Assembly: GCA_044229975.1 (NCBI GenBank)
Contig: JBGARZ010000020.1
Location: forward strand, 96,001 to 160,000
DNA: 64,000 nucleotides
Direction of reading: 5' to 3'
Source: Polyangiales bacterium
Lineage (GTDB): Bacteria; Myxococcota_A; Polyangia; Polyangiales; Ga0077539
Positions within the stretch are counted from its first letter, which is position 1. Each line of letters opens with the position of its first letter. Shown here piece after piece: positions 40,249 through 49,644 of this stretch. The notes below the pieces were generated by a model. The model did not search any database and was not told where the DNA came from. It worked only from the letters and a program-made list of their open reading frames with translations. The translations under genes were made by a program, and so were the position numbers.

Positions 40249-41405
40249 GGGTTCACCGTGCTGCGGTAGTCGGCGGAGTTTTCGTGGACCTCGAGGATGA
40301 CGGCGCTCTTCACGGCGTCGCGGTGATCGTTGAGGGAGATGAGCCCGGTGGCGCCGTCGAGGTTGCGGGTGCGCGCGAGCTCGGCGCGGATGCGCTCGGG
40401 CACGGCGGAGCCTGCGCGGGTGATGGCGGCGGTCATGGCGAGCACCGAGTCGTAGGCGAGGGCCGCGAGGTCGTTGGGGGCGAAGCCGTAGCGCCGCTGG
40501 AAGTTGCGCGAGAAGTTGCGCGCGACGTCGCTGGTGGCGCCGTCGGGGGCGAAGCCGACGGAGTAGAAGTCGCCCACGAGCTGGTTGTCGTCGTTTTGCA
40601 CGAGCGAGGGTGAGCTCCAGCCGTCGCCGCCCATGAAGCGCCCGCGGAAGCCCTGCGCCCGCGCCTCGCGCGCGATGAGGGCGGCCTCGGTGTAGTAGCC
40701 GGGCGAGAAGATGCCTTCGGGGTTTTGCGCGAGGATGGTGCCGAGCTGCGCGGAGAAGTGGGTGTCGCCGGAGCGGTAGGACTGCTCGGTGGGGATGGTT
40801 CCGCCGATGCGGGTGAAGGCGGTGCGGAACGCGTCGGCGAGCCCCACGGCGTACGCGGAGCCCTGCTCCTTGAAGATGGCGACGCGGGTGAAGCCGAGGG
40901 TGTTGCGCGCGAAGCGGGCCATCACGTCGCCCTGGAAGGGGTCGATGAAGCACACCCGGAAGATGCAGTCGCCGAGCGAGGTGACGGCGGGGTTGGTGCT
41001 GGCCGACGACACCATCGGGATGCGGTAGCGCTGGCAGACGCGGCCGCCGGCGAGGGAGAGGGAGCTGGCGATCTCGCCGAGGATGCCGACGGCGCCTTCG
41101 AGGTGGATGAGTCGCAGCACCGCGGTGGCTGCTTCGGCGGAGTCACCGCGGGTGTCTTCGATGGCGATGTAGAGCTGCTTGCCGAGAACGCCCCCGCGGG
41201 CGTTGATCTCCTCGGTGGCGAGCATGACGCCGTTGCGCGCGGCGGCGCCGAAGTCGGCCATGGAGCCGGTGAGGGCGGCGTAGAGGCCGAGGGTGATGGC
41301 GTCGCGGTGCTTGCGGCAGCCGGTGCCGGTGAGCGCCGTGGTGGCGAGTGCGCCGGCGGAGCCGACGAGCAGGTTGCGTCGTGAGAGGGGTGCCCCGTTC
41401 GCCAT
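40245..41405 (-). CDS. Branched-chain amino acid ABC substrate-binding protein
   Basis: Tat-like SRRNLL signal, INARGGVLG, FRVCFID and GGDGW. Confidence 0.9.
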   Translation of the reverse strand: MANGAPLSRRNLLVGSAGALATTALTGTGCRKHRDAITLGLYAALTGSMADFGAAARNGVMLATEEINARGGVLGKQLYIAIEDTRGDSAEAATAVLRLIHLEGAVGILGEIASSLSLAGGRVCQRYRIPMVSSASTNPAVTSLGDCIFRVCFIDPFQGDVMARFARNTLGFTRVAIFKEQGSAYAVGLADAFRTAFTRIGGTIPTEQSYRSGDTHFSAQLGTILAQNPEGIFSPGYYTEAALIAREARAQGFRGRFMGGDGWSSPSLVQNDDNQLVGDFYSVGFAPDGATSDVARNFSRNFQRRYGFAPNDLAALAYDSVLAMTAAITRAGSAVPERIRAELARTRNLDGATGLISLNDHRDAVKSAVILEVHENSADYRSTVNP

Positions 41406-41434
41406 GGCGATGGCCACGGGTTGTATCAGGGAAC

Positions 41435-42214
41435 TCAGCGCGAGGGCAGCGCGCTGAAGTGGTACCCGAGGCCTTCGAGGCGGGTGAGGATCGCGTCGAG
41501 GTTGTTGGCGGTGACGCTCTGGATGTCGTGGAAGAGCAGCACGCCGCCGCCGGTGCGCGTGGTCTCGGAGACGACCCAGCCGACGAAGTCGCGGCGGTAG
41601 GCCGTGGGGACGCGGTCGCAGTAGGCGTCGGGGCCGTAGCACCAGTCGAGGGTGTCGACGTTCCAGCCGATGCCGCCGTCGGGGTAGCCGGCGGCGCGGA
41701 CGGTGGCCTCCTTGGCGGTGGTTCCGTTGCCGTAGGGGTAGCGGAAGAGGCGCGGGTGGGGGGCGCCGAGCGCGCGGTCGAGGGCGTCGCGCTCGCGGGT
41801 CAGAAACCCACCAAACTGCGCGCTGGTGGCGACGACGTGGCTCCACTGGTGGTTGGCGACGAGGTAGCCGTTGGCGCGCTCTTCGCGAAGGAGGGCTTCG
41901 TTGCCGGCGATGTTGGCGCCGGTGACGAAGAAGGTGGCGGGCGCCGAGTGCCGCGCGAGCACGGCCATGATGGGGCGCGTGTAGCGGGCGGAGGGGCCGT
42001 CGTCGAAGGTGAGGTAGACGTCGCGGCTGCGCGCGAGGTTGAGCGAAGCGGGGACGCGCACGCCGGGGCCGGCGGCGGCTTCGTCGATGCCAAACTGGCT
42101 GTCGCCCTCTTCGGCGTCGTCTTCGTGAACGACGTCCTCCTCGACATCGGCGGAGCAGCCGAGGCCGGTGACGAGGGCGAGCGCGAGGAGGCGGAGGGAG
42201 GTGTTGGGGCGCAT
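41435..42214 (-). CDS. Polysaccharide deacetylase (CE4) lipoprotein
   Basis: Lipobox LGC, LTFDDGP, NHQWSH, FRYPYG and LLFHD. Confidence 0.92.
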   Translation of the reverse strand: MRPNTSLRLLALALVTGLGCSADVEEDVVHEDDAEEGDSQFGIDEAAAGPGVRVPASLNLARSRDVYLTFDDGPSARYTRPIMAVLARHSAPATFFVTGANIAGNEALLREERANGYLVANHQWSHVVATSAQFGGFLTRERDALDRALGAPHPRLFRYPYGNGTTAKEATVRAAGYPDGGIGWNVDTLDWCYGPDAYCDRVPTAYRRDFVGWVVSETTRTGGGVLLFHDIQSVTANNLDAILTRLEGLGYHFSALPSR

Positions 42215-42223
42215 GGTGTGCCT

Positions 42224-42976
42224 TCAGCCGTTGGAGAGGCGGGCGAGGTCTTCGTCGGAGAGGTCGAAGTTGGACCAGATGTTCTGCACGTCGTCGTGGT
42301 CGTCGAGGTTCTCCATGAGCCGGGTGACGACGTCGACGTCGCGGCCGGTGATGGTGACGACGTTCTTGGCGACCATGGCGAGCTGCGCGCTCTTGACGGT
42401 GATCTTGGCGGCTTCGAGGGCCTTGCGAACGACGTCGACGTCGACGTCCGGCGTGATGACGAGCCACTCCTCGCCTTCGTCGGAGATGTCGTCTGCGCCG
42501 GCGCCGAGAGCGACGTCGAAGAGCTGCTCTTCGGACGCGGCGGTCTTGGCGAGCTTGATGTGTCCCTTGCGCTCGTAGGCCCACGCGGCGGTGCCGCTGG
42601 CGCCCATGGTGGCGCCGGCCTTCTCGAAGATCTTGCGCAGCTCGGCGACGGAGCGGTTGCGGTTGTCGGTGAGGGCATCGACGAGGAAGAGGGTTCCGCC
42701 GGGGCCGGTGCCTTCGTAGGTGATCTCCTCGTAGGAGACGCCTTCGATCTCGCCGGTGCCGCGCTTGATGGCCTTGGTGATGTTGTCACCGGGCATGTTT
42801 TCGGCGCGTGCGGCGTCGACGGCGGTGCGAAGCCGGGGGTTGGCGTTGGGGTCACCGCCACCCATGCGGGCGGCGACGGTGACCTCCTTGATGAGCTTGG
42901 TCCAGACCTTCCCGCGGCGCGCGTCGGCCGCGCCCTTCTTGTGCTTGATGGTTGCCCACCGCGAATGCCCGCTCAT
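42224..42976 (-). CDS. yebC: YebC/PmpR-family protein
   Basis: MSGHSRWATIKHKK, YEGTGPGG, TDNRNRS and DDVQNIWSN. Confidence 0.96.
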   Translation of the reverse strand: MSGHSRWATIKHKKGAADARRGKVWTKLIKEVTVAARMGGGDPNANPRLRTAVDAARAENMPGDNITKAIKRGTGEIEGVSYEEITYEGTGPGGTLFLVDALTDNRNRSVAELRKIFEKAGATMGASGTAAWAYERKGHIKLAKTAASEEQLFDVALGAGADDISDEGEEWLVITPDVDVDVVRKALEAAKITVKSAQLAMVAKNVVTITGRDVDVVTRLMENLDDHDDVQNIWSNFDLSDEDLARLSNG

Positions 42977-43126
42977 GTCGATCGTCTCCCAGCGTCGCCC
43001 GTCGGTGTTGTGAGGGCGCGAATTGTCGTCGGTCGGGCCCACGCGAGCCCGCGCGAAGGCGACGGAAACTACCCGAGCCGGGCGTCGGCTGACAAGCGAC
43101 GGGCGGAAGAGGGCGCGAGAAAGTCG

Positions 43127-43155
43127 TTGACAGGTTGAGACAAGGCGGGCATACA
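43127..43155 (+). promoter_or_regulatory. Putative sigma-70 promoter of the tRNA
   Basis: TTGACA-N17-CATACA ending 13 nt before the tRNA. The -10 match is weak. Confidence 0.5.
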
Positions 43156-43168
43156 CCGCGTCCCCGTC

Positions 43169-43250
43169 GCGAGGATGGCGGAATTGGCAGACGCACTAGC
43201 TTGAGGTGCTAGCGAGTAACATCGTGGGGGTTCAAGTCCCCCTCCTCGCA
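43169..43250 (+). tRNA. tRNA-Leu(GAG)
   Basis: Acceptor stem GCGAGGA/TCCTCGC, D-loop GGAATTGGCAGAC, anticodon arm CTAGC-TTGAGGT-GCTAG, long variable arm and GGTTCAAGTCC. CCA is not encoded. Confidence 0.96.
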
Positions 43251-43255
43251 CTCTA

Positions 43256-43298
43256 GAAGGCCTCGAAACTCCAAAGGTTTCGGGGCCTTCGTCATTTT
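43256..43298 (+). terminator. Intrinsic terminator-like hairpin between tRNA and integrase
   Basis: GAAGGCCTCGAAAC/GTTTCGGGGCCTTC stem followed by GTCATTTT. Confidence 0.75.
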
Positions 43299-43323
43299 GT
43301 TCACCCAAACGGTTCACCCAAAC
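43299..43323 (+). repeat. 12-bp direct repeat GTTCACCCAAAC, putative integrase arm sites
   Basis: Copies at 43299-43310 and 43312-43323, about 50 bp from the tRNA end. Confidence 0.6.
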
Positions 43324-44626
43324 CTCTGGGCAGGGGCAGCCGGAACCGCCTCGGGATGAGCTTGAGCTTCCGCATCTCGGCGCACTGCCGCTCCCAGCTC
43401 GGGACCGCGTACAGGTGCCGGGCGGTCTGGCTCGACGGGGCGTGCGTCCACCGGGCGGCGACGTTCTCCTCCATGCCGGCGTCCGCGCAGAGCGACGCGA
43501 GGGTGTGACGGAGGTCATGGATGCGGTGACCCTTGATCCCGCACGCCTCCAGGTCGCGCTGGAGGGCGTCCCACACCGCCTGCTGCCAGAGGGGGCCGCC
43601 AGCGCCCACGCGCGTCCCGCGCCGTCGCCCTGTTCCCGCGCGCACGGGCACGAGGAAGTCGGTGGGCGTCGGCGCGGCCCCGTACTCGGCCAGCCACCCC
43701 TCGCCCGCCCACCAGTCGAGCACCACGCGCAGGAGCGGGTGCTCGGGGACCTCGCGGCAGTTCTCCGTCTTCAACGGCGTGACCTCCCGCGTCCGGTGGT
43801 GGATCTGGCGGGCGATGGACACGCGCCGGAGCAGCGGCGTCTCTTCGTCGAGCAGGTCACACCATCGGAGCGCGACGGACTCGGACACACGCGCGCCGGT
43901 GAGCAGCAACAAGAACCACATCACCATCCAGCGCGGTTCGATCGACGGCTCGCCGAGCAACACCTCCACATCGCAGCGCGGCATCCGATAGTCGCGGCGA
44001 GCGATGGGGTCCGCGTCGATTGCCTGCGGGCGGATGTCGCTCGGGAGCACGGCCGTCGGGTCCTGCACGAGCAGCTTGTGGAACACAGCGCCACGGAGGG
44101 CGCGCGCCACGGGGTCGAGGGTGTTGCGGACGGTGCGCGGCGCGGGTGCGCTCTTGGCGCGTGCCGTCTTGCGCCCGCGCACCAGTTCGAGCCACCGCGC
44201 GATGTGCTGCGGGTCCACCTTCGCCACGGACAACGTTCCGAGGCTCCACCCGTCGGGCGCGGCCAGGGCGAGCGCCGCAACGGTGCGACGACGGTCCTTC
44301 GCGGCCTCGGGGTAGGTCTGCTTCGAGAGCCAGTCGTCGCACCAGCTCGCGACGGTCATCTCTGCCGAAGGCGGCGGAGCAACGGGTTCGCGTGCATCGG
44401 GTGCCCAGCTCCCTTCGTCGTACCGCTCCTGGAGGCGGTGGGCGTACCGCTTCGCGTAGCCCTCGTCGGCGCGCGTGGTGCCGGTGACCGGCTCACCCTC
44501 GCGGGTGACCGGATGCTCCAGGCGGGGCGACCGACGATCAAGCCCCTTGGGCTCGCGGGAGAGAGTGATGCGCGCGTACCACCGGCCCTTACGGTGGACG
44601 GCGCTGCCAGTGCGTGGGCGGGCCAT
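43301..44626 (-). CDS. Tyrosine recombinase/integrase
   Basis: TGARVSE (R), PLKT (K), HDLRHT (HxxR), WTH and HLY catalytic residues. Confidence 0.93.
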   Translation of the reverse strand: MARPRTGSAVHRKGRWYARITLSREPKGLDRRSPRLEHPVTREGEPVTGTTRADEGYAKRYAHRLQERYDEGSWAPDAREPVAPPPSAEMTVASWCDDWLSKQTYPEAAKDRRRTVAALALAAPDGWSLGTLSVAKVDPQHIARWLELVRGRKTARAKSAPAPRTVRNTLDPVARALRGAVFHKLLVQDPTAVLPSDIRPQAIDADPIARRDYRMPRCDVEVLLGEPSIEPRWMVMWFLLLLTGARVSESVALRWCDLLDEETPLLRRVSIARQIHHRTREVTPLKTENCREVPEHPLLRVVLDWWAGEGWLAEYGAAPTPTDFLVPVRAGTGRRRGTRVGAGGPLWQQAVWDALQRDLEACGIKGHRIHDLRHTLASLCADAGMEENVAARWTHAPSSQTARHLYAVPSWERQCAEMRKLKLIPRRFRLPLPRGLGEPFG

Positions 44627-44637
44627 CGGGCGGCACC

Positions 44638-44973
44638 TTAGCGGACGGAACGGCCAGACGCCGGTCGGTTGTCGATCTCTTCGTCGAGGTCCAGTTGATT
44701 GGCGGCACGCGCGCGGCGGACTCCGACGGTGGGCATGCGCTCGACCGCAGCGTCAACCGCAGCGGGCTCGACCCAAGTGTCACGGTGGTTGTCCTCGCGA
44801 AGGGAGACCGCTCGGGCAAGACACCACGCGCGAAAGGCACGGGTCGAACTGAAGCCACGACGGCTCGCCTCCGCCTCGATCCGTCGCCAGCGCGGAGCCT
44901 CCTGTAGCGGTGCCAGATCCCTGATGATGATGGCCACCGCGTCGCGTAGCGGGTCAGCCACGGTCGCCTTCAA
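44638..44973 (-). CDS. Small protein, possibly excisionase-like
   Basis: Directly upstream of the integrase. EAEASRRGFSSTRAFRAWC looks like a winged HTH. Start uncertain. Confidence 0.5.
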   Translation of the reverse strand: MKATVADPLRDAVAIIIRDLAPLQEAPRWRRIEAEASRRGFSSTRAFRAWCLARAVSLREDNHRDTWVEPAAVDAAVERMPTVGVRRARAANQLDLDEEIDNRPASGRSVR

Positions 44974-45135
44974 CGGGTGATCGGTCGCGGATCACAGAAG
45001 CCGCTGCGTCACTCGCGAACATGGAGGGCAGAGCACCACGAGGCCCTCCTTGGATGGCTCGCGGTTCCTTGGCGCGGCTTGCTTGAAATGGGGTCACGAG
45101 ACCTTTACGCCCTCAGCGCGGGTGGGCCAGACGAT

Positions 45136-48100
45136 TTACGACGCGAGGGTGACCGCGACGGGAGAGGTGGCGTCGAGGACCGCTTCCAATTGCGCCATGG
45201 CCTCATCGGTCAGGTCAGAGAATGCCTTCGGTCGTCCCTCACGATCGGGGTGAAGAATGTGTTGTGTCCGATGTTCCGACCACCGGAGGGCATGGTCGGC
45301 CTGGGCTCCAGCCACGTAGAACCGTCGTTGCCCACCGACCTTCGACTCCCGAAGCTCGACTCCGAAATGCTCCAGTGTGACCCGCACCAACCGGATCTGA
45401 TCCCGATCGATGTCTGCCCGGACGACGATTCCCAAGGTCTCCAAGATCCGACGGTGGCGCTTGGCGTATGCGGCCACGCGGCCATCCGTGTGAACTTCCG
45501 TCGCGGCCCCCCATATTGTCGGGTCACGCGGGAGACCTGCCGCATTGAGGATGTCCCCCCATGCGACGCAGTGAAGGTAGGAGAAGCTCGCGTGCGACGC
45601 GGGCACCCCTTGGCTCCGTTCTCGCCGGTCCATAGCCTTGACCGCGTCGGGATCGGTCACGAAGGCCCGGTACTTTGCGAACGCCCGCACCCGCGACGCG
45701 AGCTTGGTGTCTGCCACCTCGTTGACGGTCACACCAGGACCCAACAACTCCCGTGCTCGGTATTTCCGAATGGCGTCGGCGTCCTCCGGCGAGAGGTCGG
45801 TGCCGTCCAGCGCGTCGGCCTCGGTGTGCATCAGATCACGGGCGGACCAGATCCGACGGGCCTCGGCCTCGCGTACCCGTGCCGCGGTGTCCTTGTGGAA
45901 CTTCGTGACCTCTCGGCGTTGGCTCTGATCCAGGACGCCCGAGGCCTCCAGCGTGGCGGCGTCCTCGGTCTCGGTAACGCCCGCTCCCTGACCTCGCAGA
46001 TACGCCAGCAGCGCCCATCGACGGTCGCCGCCCGGGCCGCCGGTGCGACGCTCATAGGACAACACTTCCGCGTAGAGCCGGTTGTGGTCCGTACGCCAAG
46101 GATCACGGACGGCTGCCCCGTCGTGATAGACGATCTCGTCCACCACATGCTGTTGCACCGTGACCACCCCATCGGGGGAAAGCACGCGAACCGTCGTGTC
46201 CCCGGCGGCCAACAGCCCGTCGTAGATCCGCTGGGGGTCCGTCTCACGGGTCCCGCGTTGGCCTGGGGGGCAGTGAATCCGCACTTCGGTCGAACGAGGA
46301 TGACGGACGCGGTGAGCTGCCTGGAGAAGGTCGTGGACGGTGCCGACGCCCTCGGCGGAGTAGACGTAGATCTGGTCGTAGTGGTCACGAACCGTGATGC
46401 TGAATCCCGAGCCCAACGTGGCCGTGTAGATGAGGGCGTCGTACGGGATCAACGGGTCGTTGAGGAACGCCTTGACCCTCGGGTCGGCGCGGACGGTCGT
46501 CGAGTTGATGAGCAACACGGAGGCTTCGGGGCGAACCCGGAGGAGTTCATCCCGGAGCCACCCGACATCCATCGGCGGATCTTTCAGTTGCGTGCCCTTC
46601 ACCGTGCTCTGGCGTTTCGACTGGCAATGAACGACGAGGCGCTTCCCCGCGGCCCAATCGAGAAGAAGATCCCGGTCGGTCAAGGCCCGTACGGAGTCCA
46701 CCCGATACGTGAACATCGGGATCGCAGGCAAGCATCGCAATTCTTGATCGCGAGCGTCGTCGGGGTCGATTCCGAGAAGCTCCCGTGCAAGGCGGAAGGA
46801 CCACGGATCGAGGTCGGCGTCCGCGATCACCACCTGTTCTGCGTTCTCGCAGAGACCTCGCAGTTGCCGGTGAACAGCCTCCGACTGAGGTCCTGAGAGC
46901 GTGGCACTGAAAAGGTGTCTGAGCGCCTGGGTGAACTCGTCCAACACCACGAGGGCCGGGCGGATCGGCACCACGGTCCCGTCGGGTGTGGTGGTGCATG
47001 AGACGATCCGAAGCACCGAGTCCAGGCAGACGGCGAGGTCGCCCTCGACCCGGCGGGGTACACCGGGGTCCAGATAGCAGATCACCTGAAACCTCTGTGC
47101 CGCCTGCTGGGCGATGGTCTGGCGGTGGCTGATCACCAGCACCGAGCCGGTGGCTCCCGAGGCACGGACCGCGTCGATGGCCCTTCGAATGACCTCGGTC
47201 TTCCCGGTGCCCTTGTCCGCGTGGAACCCGGTGAGGCGTGCCCGCAGTGGCTCGTACGGCAGATACCGACCCTCCACGAGCTCGTCGGCCCGATACACCC
47301 GCAGTCCCCCGACGGCTTCGAGGTCCCGCATGAGGGAGTTCCGAGAGGTGTTTTCGACGCCCGAGGGGGGGGTCGCACAATGGTCTCTTCTATTATTGTT
47401 GACACCATTTGTGCGACCCCCCCTAACTCCTTTGAGTGACACAGCATTTTCGGCTTCCGCCGCTTCTGTGCGCCCCCCCTTGGTCGCCGCCGCCGAGGGG
47501 CACCTCGAAGATCCCGGTGGCCGTCTCTCGAATCCCTCTGGGAACCCGTCGCGGTGCCAGAAACTCGTGTTGAGCTTCCACGACCGAAGCCACACGCGGC
47601 CATCGGCGTCGTGCCGAAGGACGCACGAACTCCCATCGAGGTAGGTTTCGCCAGCCCGGCGCGGTTCCACTTGCCACGGGTTGCCGATGGGGCTGAACTC
47701 CGACCCCACAGGCACGTTCCCACGGGTCCACGTCAGGAGGTCAACGCCCGCCGTCGGGTGGAGCACCTGCGAGAAGTCCACGGTCACGTTCGCCCAAGAA
47801 GCAGCGCCGCTCCCCTTGCCCGTCGTGGTGTCCCGGACCTTCGACGCCCGTCGCATCTTCGCAGCGATGTCGCCGGGCACGGGCAGCGACGGCCATCGGG
47901 CCCGGTGAGACGGCTTGTCCACGGCCATGACCGTCTCTGCTTCGGACAGAATCGGCGCGAGGTCGAGGAGGGTGTCCGCAGCCTCGCCGCACCCACGAGC
48001 AGGCGGAACCCCGCCCCAATCACCTTCGCCCGCGATTCGGGATGCGGGGTGCGACGGCAGGTAGAAGAGCCGCCCGTCCATCGCACGGGAGTCACAGGAG

Positions 48101-48717
48101 GGTTCCCCTGGTTTCACGGAGTCGAGGGGCAGACCCGCATCGATCAACTTCCGCCGCCCCCACCACCACGCCCGACAGGCGTCCTCGAAGGTAGTCGGTG
48201 CGGCGAGCAAGAGCACCACTCGAACGGATGCGTACCCGTCTTTGCACGACCACGTCGTCCAAACCAGACGGCGGAGGCCGATGAAGGCCCTGTTGATGAT
48301 ATCCGACACGTCCTGGACAGAGAGCCCAACTGCGTCGAGATCGAAGGGGAGCATCACCCAGAGAGCCTGCTGGCATGAGACACCCCGTTTGGCACCGTTC
48401 GGGAGGCGATATGGTAGAACGCCCCGGGCGCACTCCTTCATCTTCAGGGGGTTCTTCTTCGTATGGGCTTTGTCTGCCCATGTGAACCTGTCCTTCTTGT
48501 TCGCGATAGCCTGTGGGAACAGAAGGGCTCGTACCGAGAGCCCCCAACCCTGCGGGGAAACGTCGATCACGACGTGATCCACTCGCCGCGGACACTCCAT
48601 TCTTGGTGCGATATCGAGGACGACTTCGACGGCTTCGTTCGCATTGGAAGGACTATCGTTTGTGGTATTGTGAGTTGTCACGTCGTTGGTCCTTGCGAGC
48701 CCCGCCCTTGTCGCCAA
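45136..48717 (-). CDS. Replication protein: primase-like N-terminus fused to SF2 origin-binding helicase (CyRepA1/UL9-like)
   Basis: FDLD, TTWS, RVVL and FYLPS (primase-like). ADKGTGKT, ISHR, LDEF, ADADL, TATLGSGFSI and QAAHRVR (helicase). Start uncertain. Confidence 0.8.
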   Translation of the reverse strand: MATRAGLARTNDVTTHNTTNDSPSNANEAVEVVLDIAPRMECPRRVDHVVIDVSPQGWGLSVRALLFPQAIANKKDRFTWADKAHTKKNPLKMKECARGVLPYRLPNGAKRGVSCQQALWVMLPFDLDAVGLSVQDVSDIINRAFIGLRRLVWTTWSCKDGYASVRVVLLLAAPTTFEDACRAWWWGRRKLIDAGLPLDSVKPGEPSCDSRAMDGRLFYLPSHPASRIAGEGDWGGVPPARGCGEAADTLLDLAPILSEAETVMAVDKPSHRARWPSLPVPGDIAAKMRRASKVRDTTTGKGSGAASWANVTVDFSQVLHPTAGVDLLTWTRGNVPVGSEFSPIGNPWQVEPRRAGETYLDGSSCVLRHDADGRVWLRSWKLNTSFWHRDGFPEGFERRPPGSSRCPSAAATKGGRTEAAEAENAVSLKGVRGGRTNGVNNNRRDHCATPPSGVENTSRNSLMRDLEAVGGLRVYRADELVEGRYLPYEPLRARLTGFHADKGTGKTEVIRRAIDAVRASGATGSVLVISHRQTIAQQAAQRFQVICYLDPGVPRRVEGDLAVCLDSVLRIVSCTTTPDGTVVPIRPALVVLDEFTQALRHLFSATLSGPQSEAVHRQLRGLCENAEQVVIADADLDPWSFRLARELLGIDPDDARDQELRCLPAIPMFTYRVDSVRALTDRDLLLDWAAGKRLVVHCQSKRQSTVKGTQLKDPPMDVGWLRDELLRVRPEASVLLINSTTVRADPRVKAFLNDPLIPYDALIYTATLGSGFSITVRDHYDQIYVYSAEGVGTVHDLLQAAHRVRHPRSTEVRIHCPPGQRGTRETDPQRIYDGLLAAGDTTVRVLSPDGVVTVQQHVVDEIVYHDGAAVRDPWRTDHNRLYAEVLSYERRTGGPGGDRRWALLAYLRGQGAGVTETEDAATLEASGVLDQSQRREVTKFHKDTAARVREAEARRIWSARDLMHTEADALDGTDLSPEDADAIRKYRARELLGPGVTVNEVADTKLASRVRAFAKYRAFVTDPDAVKAMDRRERSQGVPASHASFSYLHCVAWGDILNAAGLPRDPTIWGAATEVHTDGRVAAYAKRHRRILETLGIVVRADIDRDQIRLVRVTLEHFGVELRESKVGGQRRFYVAGAQADHALRWSEHRTQHILHPDREGRPKAFSDLTDEAMAQLEAVLDATSPVAVTLAS
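47364..47424. repeat. Intragenic inverted repeat with AT-rich spacer, candidate origin
   Basis: AGGGGGGGGTCGCACAATGGT-(CTCTTCTATTATTGTTGAC)-ACCATTTGTGCGACCCCCCCT. Confidence 0.8.
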
Positions 48718-48812
48718 ACAAGGGGGCGGGGCATCGCCTTTTGGGGGTTATGGGTTCATCTGGATGAGCGTTCGGTTGTCCGCGAGAGGGCACCGCCACC
48801 GCGCCACACGCC

Positions 48813-49031
48813 TCATGGCGTCCCCTCGATGAGCCTCTCGACCGCGAGCACATCCACCCTCACGGCCCGACCCAGACGGAGCGGGGCGATGCCCAGCCGA
48901 CGAAGGGTTCTCTCGACCGTTCGCGGGCTGCACTTCCACCTCGCGGATGCCTGCTCGACCGTCATCCACAGGCGGTCGGTGTTCGGGGCCTGGGAGGGGG
49001 ACGAGGGGGGTGTCGGGACGGGTGTGGTCAT
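48813..49031 (-). CDS. Excisionase-type HTH protein
   Basis: WMTVEQASARWKCSPRTVER...LRLGRAVRV and a GGAGGAG RBS. Confidence 0.8.
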   Translation of the reverse strand: MTTPVPTPPSSPSQAPNTDRLWMTVEQASARWKCSPRTVERTLRRLGIAPLRLGRAVRVDVLAVERLIEGTP

Positions 49032-49528
49032 CGGCTTGCTCCTCCAAGGGCGCGCCGATAGGCCAAGTACCGAGGGGACGGCCCCGGACGGCGCGCGGTG
49101 CCGTGCGTTCGTCGCGGGTGCGTCGGGTGAAGGGGAGTCGGTGCGGGTCATGAACCCTTTACGCACTCGACGTGGGGGGACGGTCGAATTCGTCCTCCAT
49201 CTGAACCGACATCGACTCGGTGGTCTTGAAACGTGATTTCGTCCCGCCGGGACTACTCGGGGGACGTCGGGGGGACGACAGACGCCCTGGGGGCATCAGG
49301 CAAAAGGGGGGTTTGCAGGGGTTTAGTGACCTTTTCGAGGTGGCTCCCCCCGGTTCATAAGAACCGCAAAGATAAGTTCCGACCCCCCCGGTCCTACCCC
49401 CAAAAGGCTCTATCGATCCGGCAAGGATTTTCTGAGGGCCTTGGCTTCAATGGGGTTCGGCCTGCCTTCACCGCAGCCTGCCCCGCGCCCGGCCTCGGGG
49501 AGGTTCCGTGGGAATCGGCAGGGCGGCA

Positions 49529-49595
49529 GTCGATCTCGCTAAACACCGCCCCGCGAGAGTTGTGAGGAGGTGGGAGGGGAACGGCTCGCTGACCC
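49529..49595 (+). promoter_or_regulatory. Conserved upstream motif, copy 1
   Basis: GTCGATCTCGCTAAACACC-N8-AGAGTTG, purine-rich tract, ACGG, GCTGACC. Lies 50 nt before the MoxR ATG. Confidence 0.75.
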
Positions 49596-49644
49596 ATTGT
49601 GGGCAGGAGTGTCGTCGCCTCATCCCCACCGAAAACAACGACCT

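Noticed and set aside
43220..43250. Second copy of the tRNA 3' end (attR) within the window
   Set aside because: Not seen on manual reading, so the island's right boundary is not called.
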